A stretch of DNA of 64,000 nucleotides from Polyangiaceae bacterium (GTDB taxonomy: Bacteria; Myxococcota_A; Polyangia; Polyangiales; Polyangiaceae): positions 32,001 to 96,000 of the forward strand of contig JBGANF010000011.1 of assembly GCA_044222475.1 (NCBI GenBank). Direction: 5' to 3'. The notes under the pieces are model-generated. The model worked only from the letters and a program-made list of their open reading frames with translations, searched no databases and was not told the origin of the DNA. A program made the translations under genes and the position numbers. Positions within the stretch are counted from its first letter, which is position 1. Every line of letters begins with the position of its first letter. This document shows positions 52,512 to 62,118 of this stretch, piece after piece.

Positions 52512-52912
52512 AGATCATCCAGCCGGCGGACTTTCCGAAACCGCGGGGATACGCGAACGGGCTCATCGCGCCGTCAGGGCGCACGCTCTACATCTCGGGC
52601 CAGATCGCGTGGGACAAGGACGCCCGCATCGTCAGCCCCGATTTCGCGACGCAGTTCCTCCAGACGCTCGACAACGTCATCGCGGTCGTGCGCGCGGCCG
52701 GGGGCGGGACCGAGCACCTCGTGAAGCTGCTCGCGTTCGTCACCGACCTCGACGCGTACCGCGCGGCGACGCCGGCGATCGGCGACGGCTGGCGCGCGCG
52801 CATGGGCAAGTACTACCCGGCGATGAGCCTGGTGAAGGTCGCGGGGCTGCTCGAGCCGGGCGCGCTCGTCGAGATCGAAGGCACGGCGGTCCTGCCCGAC
52901 GGCATCGGCTGA
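52508..52912 (+). CDS. RidA/YjgF family protein
   Basis: PRGYANG, YISGQ, YPAMSLV.V..L.EP.ALVEIE; ATGA overlap. Confidence 0.9.
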   Translation: MKIIQPADFPKPRGYANGLIAPSGRTLYISGQIAWDKDARIVSPDFATQFLQTLDNVIAVVRAAGGGTEHLVKLLAFVTDLDAYRAATPAIGDGWRARMGKYYPAMSLVKVAGLLEPGALVEIEGTAVLPDGIG

Positions 52913-52922
52913 GGAGTACGTC

Positions 52923-53747
52923 ATGGCCATCGCACCGAAGAACTTCCGCTACGAGCTGCGTGAGGGCGTGGCGACGATCACCCTCGATCGCGCCGAGCGC
53001 CTGAACGCGCTGACGTTCGCGATCTACGAGGAGCTGCGCGACACGGTCGCCGCGCTCGAGCAGGAGCCGGGCGTGCGCTCGGTCCTCCTCACCGGCGAAG
53101 GGCGAGCGTTCTGCTCCGGCGGCGACGTCGAAGACATCATCGGTGAGCTCTTCGCTCGCGACATGGAGGGGCTCGTGGCCTTCACCCGCGTCACCGGCGC
53201 GCTCATCGCGAACCTGCGAAAGGTCCGCCGCCCGATCGTCGCGGCGGTGAACGGCGTCGCGGTCGGCGCCGGCGCCGTGATCGCTCTCGCGTGCGACTTT
53301 CGCATCGCGAGCGAGAAGGCGAAGTTCGGGTTCATCTTTCCCAAGGTAGGGCTGTGCGGAGCGGACATGGGCGCCGCGTATCTCCTCCCGCGCGTCGTCG
53401 GTCTCGGTCGGGCGAGCGAGCTCCTCTTCACCGGGGACGTCGTCGGTGCGGAAGAGGCGTACCGCATCGGGCTCGCGACCAAGGTCGTGCCGCACGATCA
53501 GTGCGTCGCCTCCGCGCGCGCGCTCGCCGAGCGGCTCGCCTCGGGCCCGGCGTTCGCCCACGCGATGACGAAGCAGATGCTCGAGAGCGAAGCGACGATG
53601 GGCCTCGATGCTGCGATCGAAGCGGAGGCGCAAGCGCAGGCCATCTGCATGCAGCACCCCGACTTTCGCACCGCTTTCGATGCGTGGACCGCGAAGAAGC
53701 CGATCGTGTTCGCCGGTGCGCCGGGGCCGTTTCGAGACAAGCCGTGA
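52923..53747 (+). CDS. Enoyl-CoA hydratase/isomerase family protein
   Basis: LNAL, GRAFCSGGD, AVNGVAVGAG, GADMGAAYLLPRVVG. Confidence 0.93.
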   Translation: MAIAPKNFRYELREGVATITLDRAERLNALTFAIYEELRDTVAALEQEPGVRSVLLTGEGRAFCSGGDVEDIIGELFARDMEGLVAFTRVTGALIANLRKVRRPIVAAVNGVAVGAGAVIALACDFRIASEKAKFGFIFPKVGLCGADMGAAYLLPRVVGLGRASELLFTGDVVGAEEAYRIGLATKVVPHDQCVASARALAERLASGPAFAHAMTKQMLESEATMGLDAAIEAEAQAQAICMQHPDFRTAFDAWTAKKPIVFAGAPGPFRDKP

Positions 53748-54889
53748 CTCCGGGGCTCCTTCTCCGGGGAACGGCGCCTTTCCTCTCGCCCGCGCTGGTC
53801 GATCTCGCCGACGTCGTCGTACGCCGAGCTGCTGGGCTCACCATCGACGACCACGACGCGTCGTCGGTCGCCCGGAAGCTCGCGGCGAGCGGGCTGTTCC
53901 CGTTGCTCGTACCAGAGAGGGACGGCGGCGAGGCGATCGCCGGCGCGCCGGTCGATCGTCCGAGCGTGCGGGCGCTCTGCCTCGCGCGCGAGACCCTCGG
54001 CCATCGATCGCCGCTCGCGGACTCGATCTTCGCCGTCCAAGGGCTCGGCTCCTTTCCGATCGTGAGCGCGGGCGGTGACGCTCGCGCCGCCATCCTCGCC
54101 GAGGTCGTGTCTGGCAAGCGCATCGGGGCCTTCGCGCTCACCGAGCCCGAGGCCGGGAGCGACGTCGCTTCGATGAAGACGACGGCGAAGCGAGAGGGCG
54201 ACGGCTTCGTGATCGACGGCACGAAGGTCTTCATCTCGAACGCCGGCATCTGCGATCACTACGTCGTGTTCGCGCGCGTGCCCGGCGCGCCGAAGGAGAT
54301 CAGCGCGTTCGTCGTTCCGGCGAAGTCACCGGGGCTCCGCGTGGAGCAGGTGCCGATGTCGCTGCCGCACCCCCTCGGCCGCCTCGTGTTCGAGCGCTGC
54401 GCGGTGCCTGCTTCGGCGCTTCTCGGCGAGGTCGGTCACGGAATGCGCCTCGCGCTCGGCACGCTCGACGTGTTCCGCACGTCGGTCGGGGCCGCGGCGT
54501 GCGGCATGGCGCGGCGCGCGCTCGACGAGACGATCGCGAGGGTGAAGGCCCGCGTACAGTTCGGCAAGCCGCTCGCGGAGCAGCAGCTCGTGCAGGCGCA
54601 GATCGCCGACATGGCCACCGAGCTCGACGCCGCGCGCCTCCTCGTCTACCGCGCCGCGTGGGAGAAGGATCGCGGCGAGCCTGCCACGACCGACGTCGCG
54701 ATGGCGAAGATGTTCGCGACCGAGGCCGCGCAGCGGATCATCGATCGCGCGGTGCAGCTCTTCGGCGGTCTCGGCGTGACGACCGGCAACGTACCCGAGC
54801 AGCTCCTGCGCGAGATAAGGCCGCTTCGCATCTACGAAGGGACGACCGAGATCCAGAAGCTCATCATCGGGGGCGCGATCCTGAAGTGA
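53744..54889 (+). CDS. Acyl-CoA dehydrogenase
   Basis: [52 protein letters not shown] start overlapping the upstream stop. Confidence 0.93.
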   Translation: MTPGLLLRGTAPFLSPALVDLADVVVRRAAGLTIDDHDASSVARKLAASGLFPLLVPERDGGEAIAGAPVDRPSVRALCLARETLGHRSPLADSIFAVQGLGSFPIVSAGGDARAAILAEVVSGKRIGAFALTEPEAGSDVASMKTTAKREGDGFVIDGTKVFISNAGICDHYVVFARVPGAPKEISAFVVPAKSPGLRVEQVPMSLPHPLGRLVFERCAVPASALLGEVGHGMRLALGTLDVFRTSVGAAACGMARRALDETIARVKARVQFGKPLAEQQLVQAQIADMATELDAARLLVYRAAWEKDRGEPATTDVAMAKMFATEAAQRIIDRAVQLFGGLGVTTGNVPEQLLREIRPLRIYEGTTEIQKLIIGGAILK

Positions 54890-57824
54890 TCCGGGTCCCC
54901 CGCGGCTACGTCTCTCCGCAGCTGGCATCGGAGACGTCTTCACACGCGCTCTACCGTGCGCGCGCGCGCGGGTCGCGGCGAGCCGTGATGATCAAGGTAC
55001 GGAAGGGCGGCTCGGAGTCGACGCGCCACGAGGCCGAAGCGCTGGCTGCGCTGCGCGGGCCGGGCGTCGTCGGGCTCGTCGAGTCGGACGGGCACGCGCT
55101 CGTGCTCGACTACGTGCGAGGGCCGACGCTGGATGCGCGCATTCGTCGATCAGTCCTCGCCGAGGACGAGATCGGGATCCTCGCCGACGCCCTCGGTGCG
55201 ATCCTCGAACGGATTCATGCGGCCGGATGGGTGTTCGGCGATCTCAAGCCGGAGAACGTGCTTCTCCGCAGGGGTCGGGTCTCGGATCCGGTGCTGATCG
55301 ACTTCGAGACCGCGGTTCGCATCGGACGGCCCTACGCGCCGAGGGTGACGACGGCGTACGCCGCGCCGGAGCGCTTGGTCGGTGCCGCCGTCGCCGATCC
55401 GCGGTCGGACCTCTTCGCGCTGGGAGCGATCCTTCACGCGGCGGCCGAGGGTGCGTCTCCGTTCGAAGGGACCTCGCGTGACGCGACGGTGCTTCGCGTC
55501 CTCGCTCTCGAGCCGCCGCGCGTTCCGCTGTCGTCGTCGTCTCTCGCCTGGAAGATCGAGGCGCTCTTGCGGAAGGAGCCGGCTCAGCGTCCCGCGTCGT
55601 ATGCGGCGCTTCGGGAACACACGCCGCCCGCTCCGTCACGAAGCTCGCCCGAGCGGCCGCGTGACGAGGCGAAGGTCGCGCTCGACGGACCCCGCGCGAT
55701 TCGGCTCGAGGGCGAACGCGCCGAAGAGGCGCTCCTCGCGCTCGTCGGCGATGCGGTGCTTCGGCGCACGCTCCTCGCGCACGTCGAGGGCAGCGACCAA
55801 CCCTACGGATCGATCAGCGAGCATGCGCTGCGTCTCCTCGACGTGCCCGCCGGGTCGAGCTCGCGCGTCGTCTTCGGGGCGGCGCGCCGAGCGCTCGCGA
55901 GCCTCGGTGCGCGCGAGGCGAGCCGGGCGGCCCTGGTCCTCGCCGACGTCCTCGCGGGAGAGTCCGACGCGGCGGCTCGCGGTGCGATCGACGAGCTTCG
56001 CGCCGATCCCGAGTTGCTCCGATCTCGGCGCGAGGAGGCCTTCCTCGCGCTGCTGCGCGCAGCCTTGTCTCGATCTCGGAGGCGATCGCCGTCGAAGGGC
56101 CTCCCGACGCCGAGACGGTGAGGCTCCTTCGAGCATACCAAAAAGGTACGAGCGGCTCTCGGCTCATCTGCGTCTAGGGAGCGCTCGACGTCGACGCAGA
56201 GTCTGCCACGACGGGACCGGTCGACGTACCGAGCGACGCGGCGGAGCCGGCGCTCAGGGTCGCCGCGGCGTGGGGCGAGATCTTCGACGCGTCGGAGCTC
56301 GCCGAGCTCGCCGCGATTCCAACCGCCGACGCCGAGGCGGCCGTCGTCCGAGGCGTCGCTGCCGGCGTGCTCGTCGCCGATCCTTTCGGCCGCGGGTTCC
56401 GCTTCCGCGCGCGCACGCTGCGCGCTCGCGTCGCGGGCCAGCTGAGCGCGGAGGGCGCGTCGGTGATTGCGCGCCCGATCGCATGGCTCGCGGCGCGCCG
56501 CTTCCCTCGCGCCGAGGCGCGGGTCGCGCGCGCCTTCGCCGCGGCCGGGGAGCCGCTTCGCGCGGCCTACTACGCGTGGCGCGGCGCGGCGCGCGCGCTC
56601 GACGCGTCCGACCATCGCGGGGCGGTACCGCTCGTCGCGCTCGGCGACGAGATGCTCGCCCGAGTCGGTGGGTCGGTGCGCTCGCTGCTAGGCGCGCTCC
56701 TCGACCTGGTGCGTGCCGGGGTCGAGCGGTTCAGCGGAGATCATCGCGCGGCGACCGCGGCCGCGCGTCGCGCGCTCGCGTTCCTGCCGACCGGGTCGAA
56801 GGCGTGGTGCGAGGCGCTCGGCGAGCGCGCGACGGCCGCGGGGCGGCTCGGCGACCCGGGCGAGGTGCTCGCGGTGGCGGGCGCGCTCCGCGCCGTGCCT
56901 TCGTCCGACGCGACGTTCGCGTGGGATCGCGCCTGCTCGCGGACGGCGGTGCAACTCTTCTATCTCGGCAAGCTGCGCGCGGCGCGCTCGGTCGTCGCGC
57001 TCTTTCGAGCGCGCACCGGCGGCGATCGCCGCCGGCGTGCGCTGTCGCCCGGCTGCCTCGTCACCGAGTCGCTGTACGGCGGCCGCATCGACGAGCACCT
57101 CGAGCTGCTCGCCGACGCCGTCCGCGTGTTCGACTCGCTCGGGGATTGGCGCTCCTCGTGTCTCTACGGATCGGCCACCGGGTTCGCCTATGGGTTGGTC
57201 GGCGAGTACGCGCGCGCCGAGAAGGTCCTCCGCGCGACGCTCCAAAAGGCCGAGCGAACGAGCGCGTCGGCCGCGCTTCGGGTGATCGCGCAGCACAACC
57301 TCGGCGAGATCCTCGCGCATCGCCGCGGTCGCCTCGCCGAGGCGATCGCGATCGAGTCGGAGGCGATCGCCGCGCTGCGCGTTCAAGGCGACAAGCGGCT
57401 GCTGCTGGGCAGCTTGGCGTATCGAGCGCGCATGTACGTCGCGGTGGGTGACCTCGACGCCGCCGAGGCCGACGTCACGGAGGCCGTGAAGGGCGGAGGC
57501 GCGTTCCCGTCGATTGCGTCGTGGCTTTTCGCTACCCTCGCGCTCGTGGTGCTCGAGCAAGGTCGGTCCGAAGAGGCGCTCGCGATCGCGAAGCGTGCCG
57601 CCGCCGCGGGCAAGGCCCGCGAGGTGTCGCCCGCGCTCCTCGCCATCGTGACGGCTCGGGCGCTCGAGGCGACCGGGAAACCGGCGCGCGCGCGCCGCGT
57701 GCTGCAGCGCGCGCTGCGAGAGATCCGCGCGTCGGCCGCGAAGATTCGTGACCGCAGGTTGCGGAAAGGGTTCCTGGAGCGGGTCCCGGATCACGCCGAG
57801 CTCGCGCGGAGGGCGCGTTGGTAG
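54886..57824 (+). pseudogene. Degenerate Ser/Thr kinase - ATPase-remnant - TPR gene with a frameshift and an in-frame stop
   Basis: Kinase part (GDLKPEN, DFE, APE) is in one frame and ends at 56121. Coding-like sequence continues in another frame from about 56070 (AIAVEGPPDAETVRLL), hits TAG at 56175-56177, then runs open to 57824 through LRVAAAWGEIF...FRFR and TPR-like helices. Confidence 0.65.
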
Positions 57825-59194
57825 TCTCGCGCCGCCGAACGCCGCGCGGCTTCGCCGGCGAGACGGCACCGCTGTCCGCGCCTCGGCCCACGGCGAGGCT
57901 CTGGGTGTCGTTCCTCGACGAGCCCGAGCGCGCCCCGGTCGTGCTCGACCGGCCCCTGACGGTCGGTCGCGACGCCGCCAGCGACGTACGCATCGACGAC
58001 GAGTCCGTGTCGAGGCTGCACGTCCGCCTCGAGCCTGGAAACCCGCCGGTCGCGGTCGACTGCGAAAGCAGGAACGGTACCTTTTTGGGAAGCGATCGAC
58101 TCGTTCCCAAGGAGCGATCGCTCGTGCCACCCGGCTCGGTGGTTCGCGTCGGCGGTGCCCTCCTGCTCGTCGACTGGGAGGCTCCCGCCTCGCTGCGCGA
58201 TGCGGCGCCGGCTTCGGTGGGGGATCCCTTCTTCTACGCGAAAGAGGGCCCGATGGCGGCGGTGCTGGAGATGGCCGACCGCCTCGCGGCGGACGACATC
58301 TCCGTCCTCCTCACGGGCGAGACCGGGGTCGGAAAAGAGGTGCTCGCGCGGTACCTTCACCGCCGTTCGCCCCGGAAGAAGGGTCCGTTCGTTCCGGTGC
58401 ACGCCGCGGCGTTGTCGCCGTCGCTGTTCGAGAGCGAGCTCTTCGGTCACGAACGCGGAGCGTTCACCGGAGCCACGACCGAGCGCGCAGGTCTCTTCGA
58501 GCTGGCCGATGGTGGCACGCTGTTCTTCGACGAGATCGGCGAGCTCCCGCTCGACATGCAGCCGAAGCTACTCCGCGTGCTCGAGGATCGGCGCGTCGTC
58601 CGAGTCGGCGGGAGGAGCGCGCGCACGGTGGACGTGCGGATCGTCGCCGCGACGAACCGAGACCTCGCAGCCGAGGTCGACAAGGGCACGTTCCGGTCCG
58701 ACCTGTACTTCCGCCTCAGCGCGTTCCCGCTCGCCCTCCCGCCGTTGCGCGAGCGGACGCACGAGATCAAGCCGATGGCGCTCGTGCTCCTCGAGCGCGC
58801 GTGCGCCGAGCGCGGGCGCGCGGTTCCGCACCTCTCGACCGCCGCGATCGAGCGCCTTCACGCTCACTCGTGGCCGGGCAACGTGCGCGAGCTTCGCAGC
58901 GTGATGATGCGCGCGCTGTTGTTCGCCCCGAAGGGCGCGAGCGAGCTCGGTGCCGACGACATCGAGCGCGCAATCACGCCGGGTGGGGGAGCCGCCCCGC
59001 GACCGGCACCCGCCGCGTCGCCGACCGACGCACCTGGTGACGACGAGCGCGCGAGGATCGTCCGAGCGCTCACGAAGCACGCGGGGAACCAGAGCGCCGC
59101 TGCCGAGGAGCTCGGGATTGCGCGTCGCACTTTGATCAACAAGCTCGACAAGCTGGGCATCGCGCGTCCGCGCAAGGGCAAGGGAGCCAAGTAG
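57818..59194 (+). CDS. FHA-domain sigma54-dependent transcriptional activator
   Basis: FHA motifs [45 protein letters not shown]; Fis-type HTH. Confidence 0.95.
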   Translation: MVVSRRRTPRGFAGETAPLSAPRPTARLWVSFLDEPERAPVVLDRPLTVGRDAASDVRIDDESVSRLHVRLEPGNPPVAVDCESRNGTFLGSDRLVPKERSLVPPGSVVRVGGALLLVDWEAPASLRDAAPASVGDPFFYAKEGPMAAVLEMADRLAADDISVLLTGETGVGKEVLARYLHRRSPRKKGPFVPVHAAALSPSLFESELFGHERGAFTGATTERAGLFELADGGTLFFDEIGELPLDMQPKLLRVLEDRRVVRVGGRSARTVDVRIVAATNRDLAAEVDKGTFRSDLYFRLSAFPLALPPLRERTHEIKPMALVLLERACAERGRAVPHLSTAAIERLHAHSWPGNVRELRSVMMRALLFAPKGASELGADDIERAITPGGGAAPRPAPAASPTDAPGDDERARIVRALTKHAGNQSAAAEELGIARRTLINKLDKLGIARPRKGKGAK

Positions 59195-59195
59195 C

Positions 59196-60614
59196 GTGCT
59201 CTTCTCGCCGTATGCTCTCCGCGGGACGACCCTCCCGAATCGGCTCGTCCTCCCGGCGATGGTCACTCGCCTCTCGGGGGAGGACGGTCACGTCAACGAC
59301 GACATCCTCGGGCGCTACGTCCGCTTCGCCCGCGGCGGGGTCGGGCTGATCGTCGTCGAGGCGATGGCGGTTCACGGCGCGAAGAGCGGTCCGCTCCTTC
59401 GCATCAGCGACGACGCGTTCGTGCCGGGCCTCACCGAGCTCGCGAGCCGTTGCCACGCCGAGGGTCCCGGCAAGGTCGTCCCCCAGATCATCCATTTCTT
59501 GAAGGTGTCCCGCTCCGGGTGGCGGCAGACGGTGGACATGCTCAGCCGCGACGACATCGACGAGATCGTCGAGGCGTACGGGCGCGCCGCCGTTCGCGCG
59601 CGCGAGTGCGGCTTCGACGGCGTCGAGCTCCACATGGCGCACGCCTACACGCTCTCTTCGTTTCTCTCGCGGCTCAACGGACGGCGCGACGAGTACGGCG
59701 GCACCCTGGACAACCGGCTGCGTCTGCCAGTGCGGGTCGTCGCGCGGGTTCGTGCCCTCGTCGGCGCGGACTTCACCGTCGGCGTTCGGTTCCTCGGCGA
59801 AGAGTGCATTCGCAACGGCTACACCGTGCTCGACGCGGGGCCGATCGCGGTGCGCCTCGCCCACGCCGGCGTGGACTACGTCTCGCTCTCCGCGGGCGGC
59901 AAGTTCGAGGACGCCCGCGTGATCGAGGGCGAGCCGCCGTACCCGTACACCGGGTACTCCGGCGATCGCTGCATGCCCGGCGCGGCCTATCCGGACGGCG
60001 CGAACCTCTACATCCCCGAAGCGGTGCGCGCCGCGTTGCGGTCCGCCGGTCTGGAGACCCCGGTCGTCGCCGTCGGCAAGATCGCCACCCGCGCGCTCGC
60101 CGACCGGGTCGTCGCCGAGGGAAAAGGGGATCTCGTCGGGATGGCGCGAGCGCTCCTCGCCGATCCCGATCTGCCGAAGAAGTGGCGCGAGGGCCGCGAG
60201 GAGACCGTCGTTCGTTGCCTCTACGGCAACGTGTGCAAGGCACTGGACGAGAGCTTTCGCCGCGTCGACTGCACGCTCTGGCCGAAGAAGCTCGGCCACG
60301 CGCCGGAGAGCGACGATCGGATCCCGCCGGAGTGGGCCGAAGGCGGTCCAGGCCTCACCGCCGAGGTGAGCGCAGGGCGGGTGCTCTTGCGATGGCACGC
60401 CGCGACCGACAACGAGGCGGTGTACGGCTATCAGGTGCTCCGCGCCGAAGGCGACGGCATCCTCGTCCACCACGCGAGCGTGCGCGCTGCGTCGCTTCGC
60501 TACGAAGACGCGCGTGTCGTCAGCGGGGTTCGCTACCGCTACGCCGTGCGTCCGTACGACATGGCGGGCAACCGCGGCCCGCCCTCGCCGACGCAGTCCA
60601 TCATGATGAACTAG
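59196..60614 (+). CDS. NADH:flavin oxidoreductase (Old Yellow Enzyme family) with C-terminal fibronectin type III domain
   Basis: NRLVLPAM, GFDGVELHMAHAY...FLS...R.DEYGG..NR.R, MARALLADPD; tail LRWHAATDN..V.GYQV...YRYAVRPYD.AGN. Confidence 0.88.
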   Translation: MLFSPYALRGTTLPNRLVLPAMVTRLSGEDGHVNDDILGRYVRFARGGVGLIVVEAMAVHGAKSGPLLRISDDAFVPGLTELASRCHAEGPGKVVPQIIHFLKVSRSGWRQTVDMLSRDDIDEIVEAYGRAAVRARECGFDGVELHMAHAYTLSSFLSRLNGRRDEYGGTLDNRLRLPVRVVARVRALVGADFTVGVRFLGEECIRNGYTVLDAGPIAVRLAHAGVDYVSLSAGGKFEDARVIEGEPPYPYTGYSGDRCMPGAAYPDGANLYIPEAVRAALRSAGLETPVVAVGKIATRALADRVVAEGKGDLVGMARALLADPDLPKKWREGREETVVRCLYGNVCKALDESFRRVDCTLWPKKLGHAPESDDRIPPEWAEGGPGLTAEVSAGRVLLRWHAATDNEAVYGYQVLRAEGDGILVHHASVRAASLRYEDARVVSGVRYRYAVRPYDMAGNRGPPSPTQSIMMN

Positions 60615-60680
60615 TACCTTCGGTAGAAGTTCCGCCAAAACTCTGCGCGACCGCGGCATGGGTCGCTGTCTCGACGTCGT

Positions 60681-61004
60681 CGTGAGCGTTGACGTTGACG
60701 TTGACGGCGACGGCGACGGCGACGGGACGCTGGCTCATCGCGTGCCCCGTCCTGTCCGGTCGTGCGGCCAGCGCTTCCGCTGCGTCGAGAGGGATGAAGC
60801 GAGCGGCTCGCGGCAGCTGGTCAGCGAGCTTCGCGGTTCCCTTCGGTAGTAGGCCCACGAGGCGCATCGACAGGGCGCGGAACTGGTCCGATCACGTGTA
60901 GACATCGAGGCGTTGGAAACCGAGCATGCGAGCACGTCGCTCACGGCTTTCGTCGAGTTGCTTGCCCGTCGCCGTCGCCGTCGCCGTCAACGTCAACGCT
61001 CACG
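60681..61004. mobile_element. Hairpin cassette: hexamer-repeat inverted arms around a four-helix-bundle gene remnant
   Basis: Left arm CGTGAGC(GTTGAC)3(GGCGAC)3GGG at 60681-60726. Right arm at 60965-61004 is its reverse complement minus one GTTGAC unit. Mobility is inferred, not shown. Confidence 0.65.
60730..60927 (-). pseudogene. Four-helix-bundle (23S rRNA IVP / Avd-like) protein pseudogene
   Basis: MLGFQRLDVYT*SDQFRALSMRLVGLLPKGTAKLADQLPRAARFIPLDAAEA resembles the family N-terminus (F.KLDVY...LP.....LADQL.RAA.SIP.NIAEG). TGA at 60892-60894; C-terminal half missing. Confidence 0.75.
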
Positions 61005-61065
61005 CCGACGTCAACGTCAACGCGCGATTTCGCTGGCGAGCGCGTCCATCGGCCGACACTAGCGG

Positions 61066-62037
61066 TCAGGGCTTCGGGTGCGCCGAGAGGAAGCTCCACA
61101 CCGTCGCCGGGAAGGTGGCCTGGAGCGTCGGGAGGTGGGTCCCGCCTTCGATCGTCCACAGCACCGCCGCGCCGCCCGGCTTGCAACCCGTGTATTCTAC
61201 AGTCTTCGTCTCGGTCCCGAGTAGGACGGAGTCGAGATCGAGCGCCGGTCCGGGGGTGGACGACCCCGCGCAGCCGTTCTTCGCCGCCCACGTCGCGACG
61301 CTCGCGGTCGCGGATGGATACACCGAGAGGCCGGGGTTCTTCCCGCCGGCATACGCGATGACCGAGTCGAGCGTGCCGTGGATCTGGAGCACCGCGACCG
61401 GGTTCGCGGGGTTGCACTTCGACGAGTCGGCCCATACGTCACCGGCGAGCGCGGCGATCGCCGCGATGCGCGGGGCGCTGTCGCACGCGAGCCGGTGCGA
61501 CATGAACGCGCCGTTGGAGTGACCGACGAGGAAGATGCGCTTCGGGTCGACGTTGTACTTCTTCTCGACGTCGTCGATGACGGCGTTGACGTACGCGACG
61601 TCGTCGACGGGGCTGCCGTCGAAGTTGCAGCACGCGTCGGTCGCGTTCCAGAAGCGGTTGCCGGTCTTGTCGATCGTCCCGTCGGGCGTGGCGTAGAGGA
61701 ACGTCTTCGCATCGGCGAGCGGAGCGAAATGAAAGTACGCCTCTTGGGTCGCGCCGCTCGCGGTGTAGCCGTGGAGCAGCACGACGAGCGGTGTCGGCTT
61801 CGACTTGTCGTACCCAGTTGGTACCTTGAGGGCGAACGGCCGGGCGGCGACGAGCCCCGACGTGTCCGGCTTGGCGTCGGGCCCGGCGTCGCCCCCGCTC
61901 GCATCGCCCGGCGTCGCGTCGGGGCCGGTGCCATCGACCGCGACCCCCGAGTCGTTCACCGGCGTGTCGGACGACGACCCGCACGCGGCGAGGAACACGC
62001 CGAGAAGACAAACGAGGAAAGGGGAGGGTCGCCGCAT
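61066..62037 (-). CDS. Alpha/beta hydrolase lipoprotein (LpqC / PHB depolymerase-like esterase)
   Basis: Lipobox LAAC; PLVVLLHG, DDVAY, GHSNGA, IHGTLD, GGTH. Confidence 0.9.
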   Translation of the reverse strand: MRRPSPFLVCLLGVFLAACGSSSDTPVNDSGVAVDGTGPDATPGDASGGDAGPDAKPDTSGLVAARPFALKVPTGYDKSKPTPLVVLLHGYTASGATQEAYFHFAPLADAKTFLYATPDGTIDKTGNRFWNATDACCNFDGSPVDDVAYVNAVIDDVEKKYNVDPKRIFLVGHSNGAFMSHRLACDSAPRIAAIAALAGDVWADSSKCNPANPVAVLQIHGTLDSVIAYAGGKNPGLSVYPSATASVATWAAKNGCAGSSTPGPALDLDSVLLGTETKTVEYTGCKPGGAAVLWTIEGGTHLPTLQATFPATVWSFLSAHPKP

Positions 62038-62118
62038 CGGCGCGTACATAGCGCGCTTTTCGGGCCCGCGCATGCCTCGGCGGGAAGCGTAGCGCGCGAC
62101 AAGGCGTAAGATGGAGCG

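Noticed and set aside
60892..60894. Selenocysteine or readthrough at the in-frame TGA of the four-helix-bundle remnant
   Set aside because: The gene also lacks its C-terminal half and has degraded motifs, so decay is the simpler explanation.
60681..61021. Diversity-generating retroelement suggested by the Avd-like remnant
   Set aside because: No reverse transcriptase or template/variable repeat pair is visible in the window.
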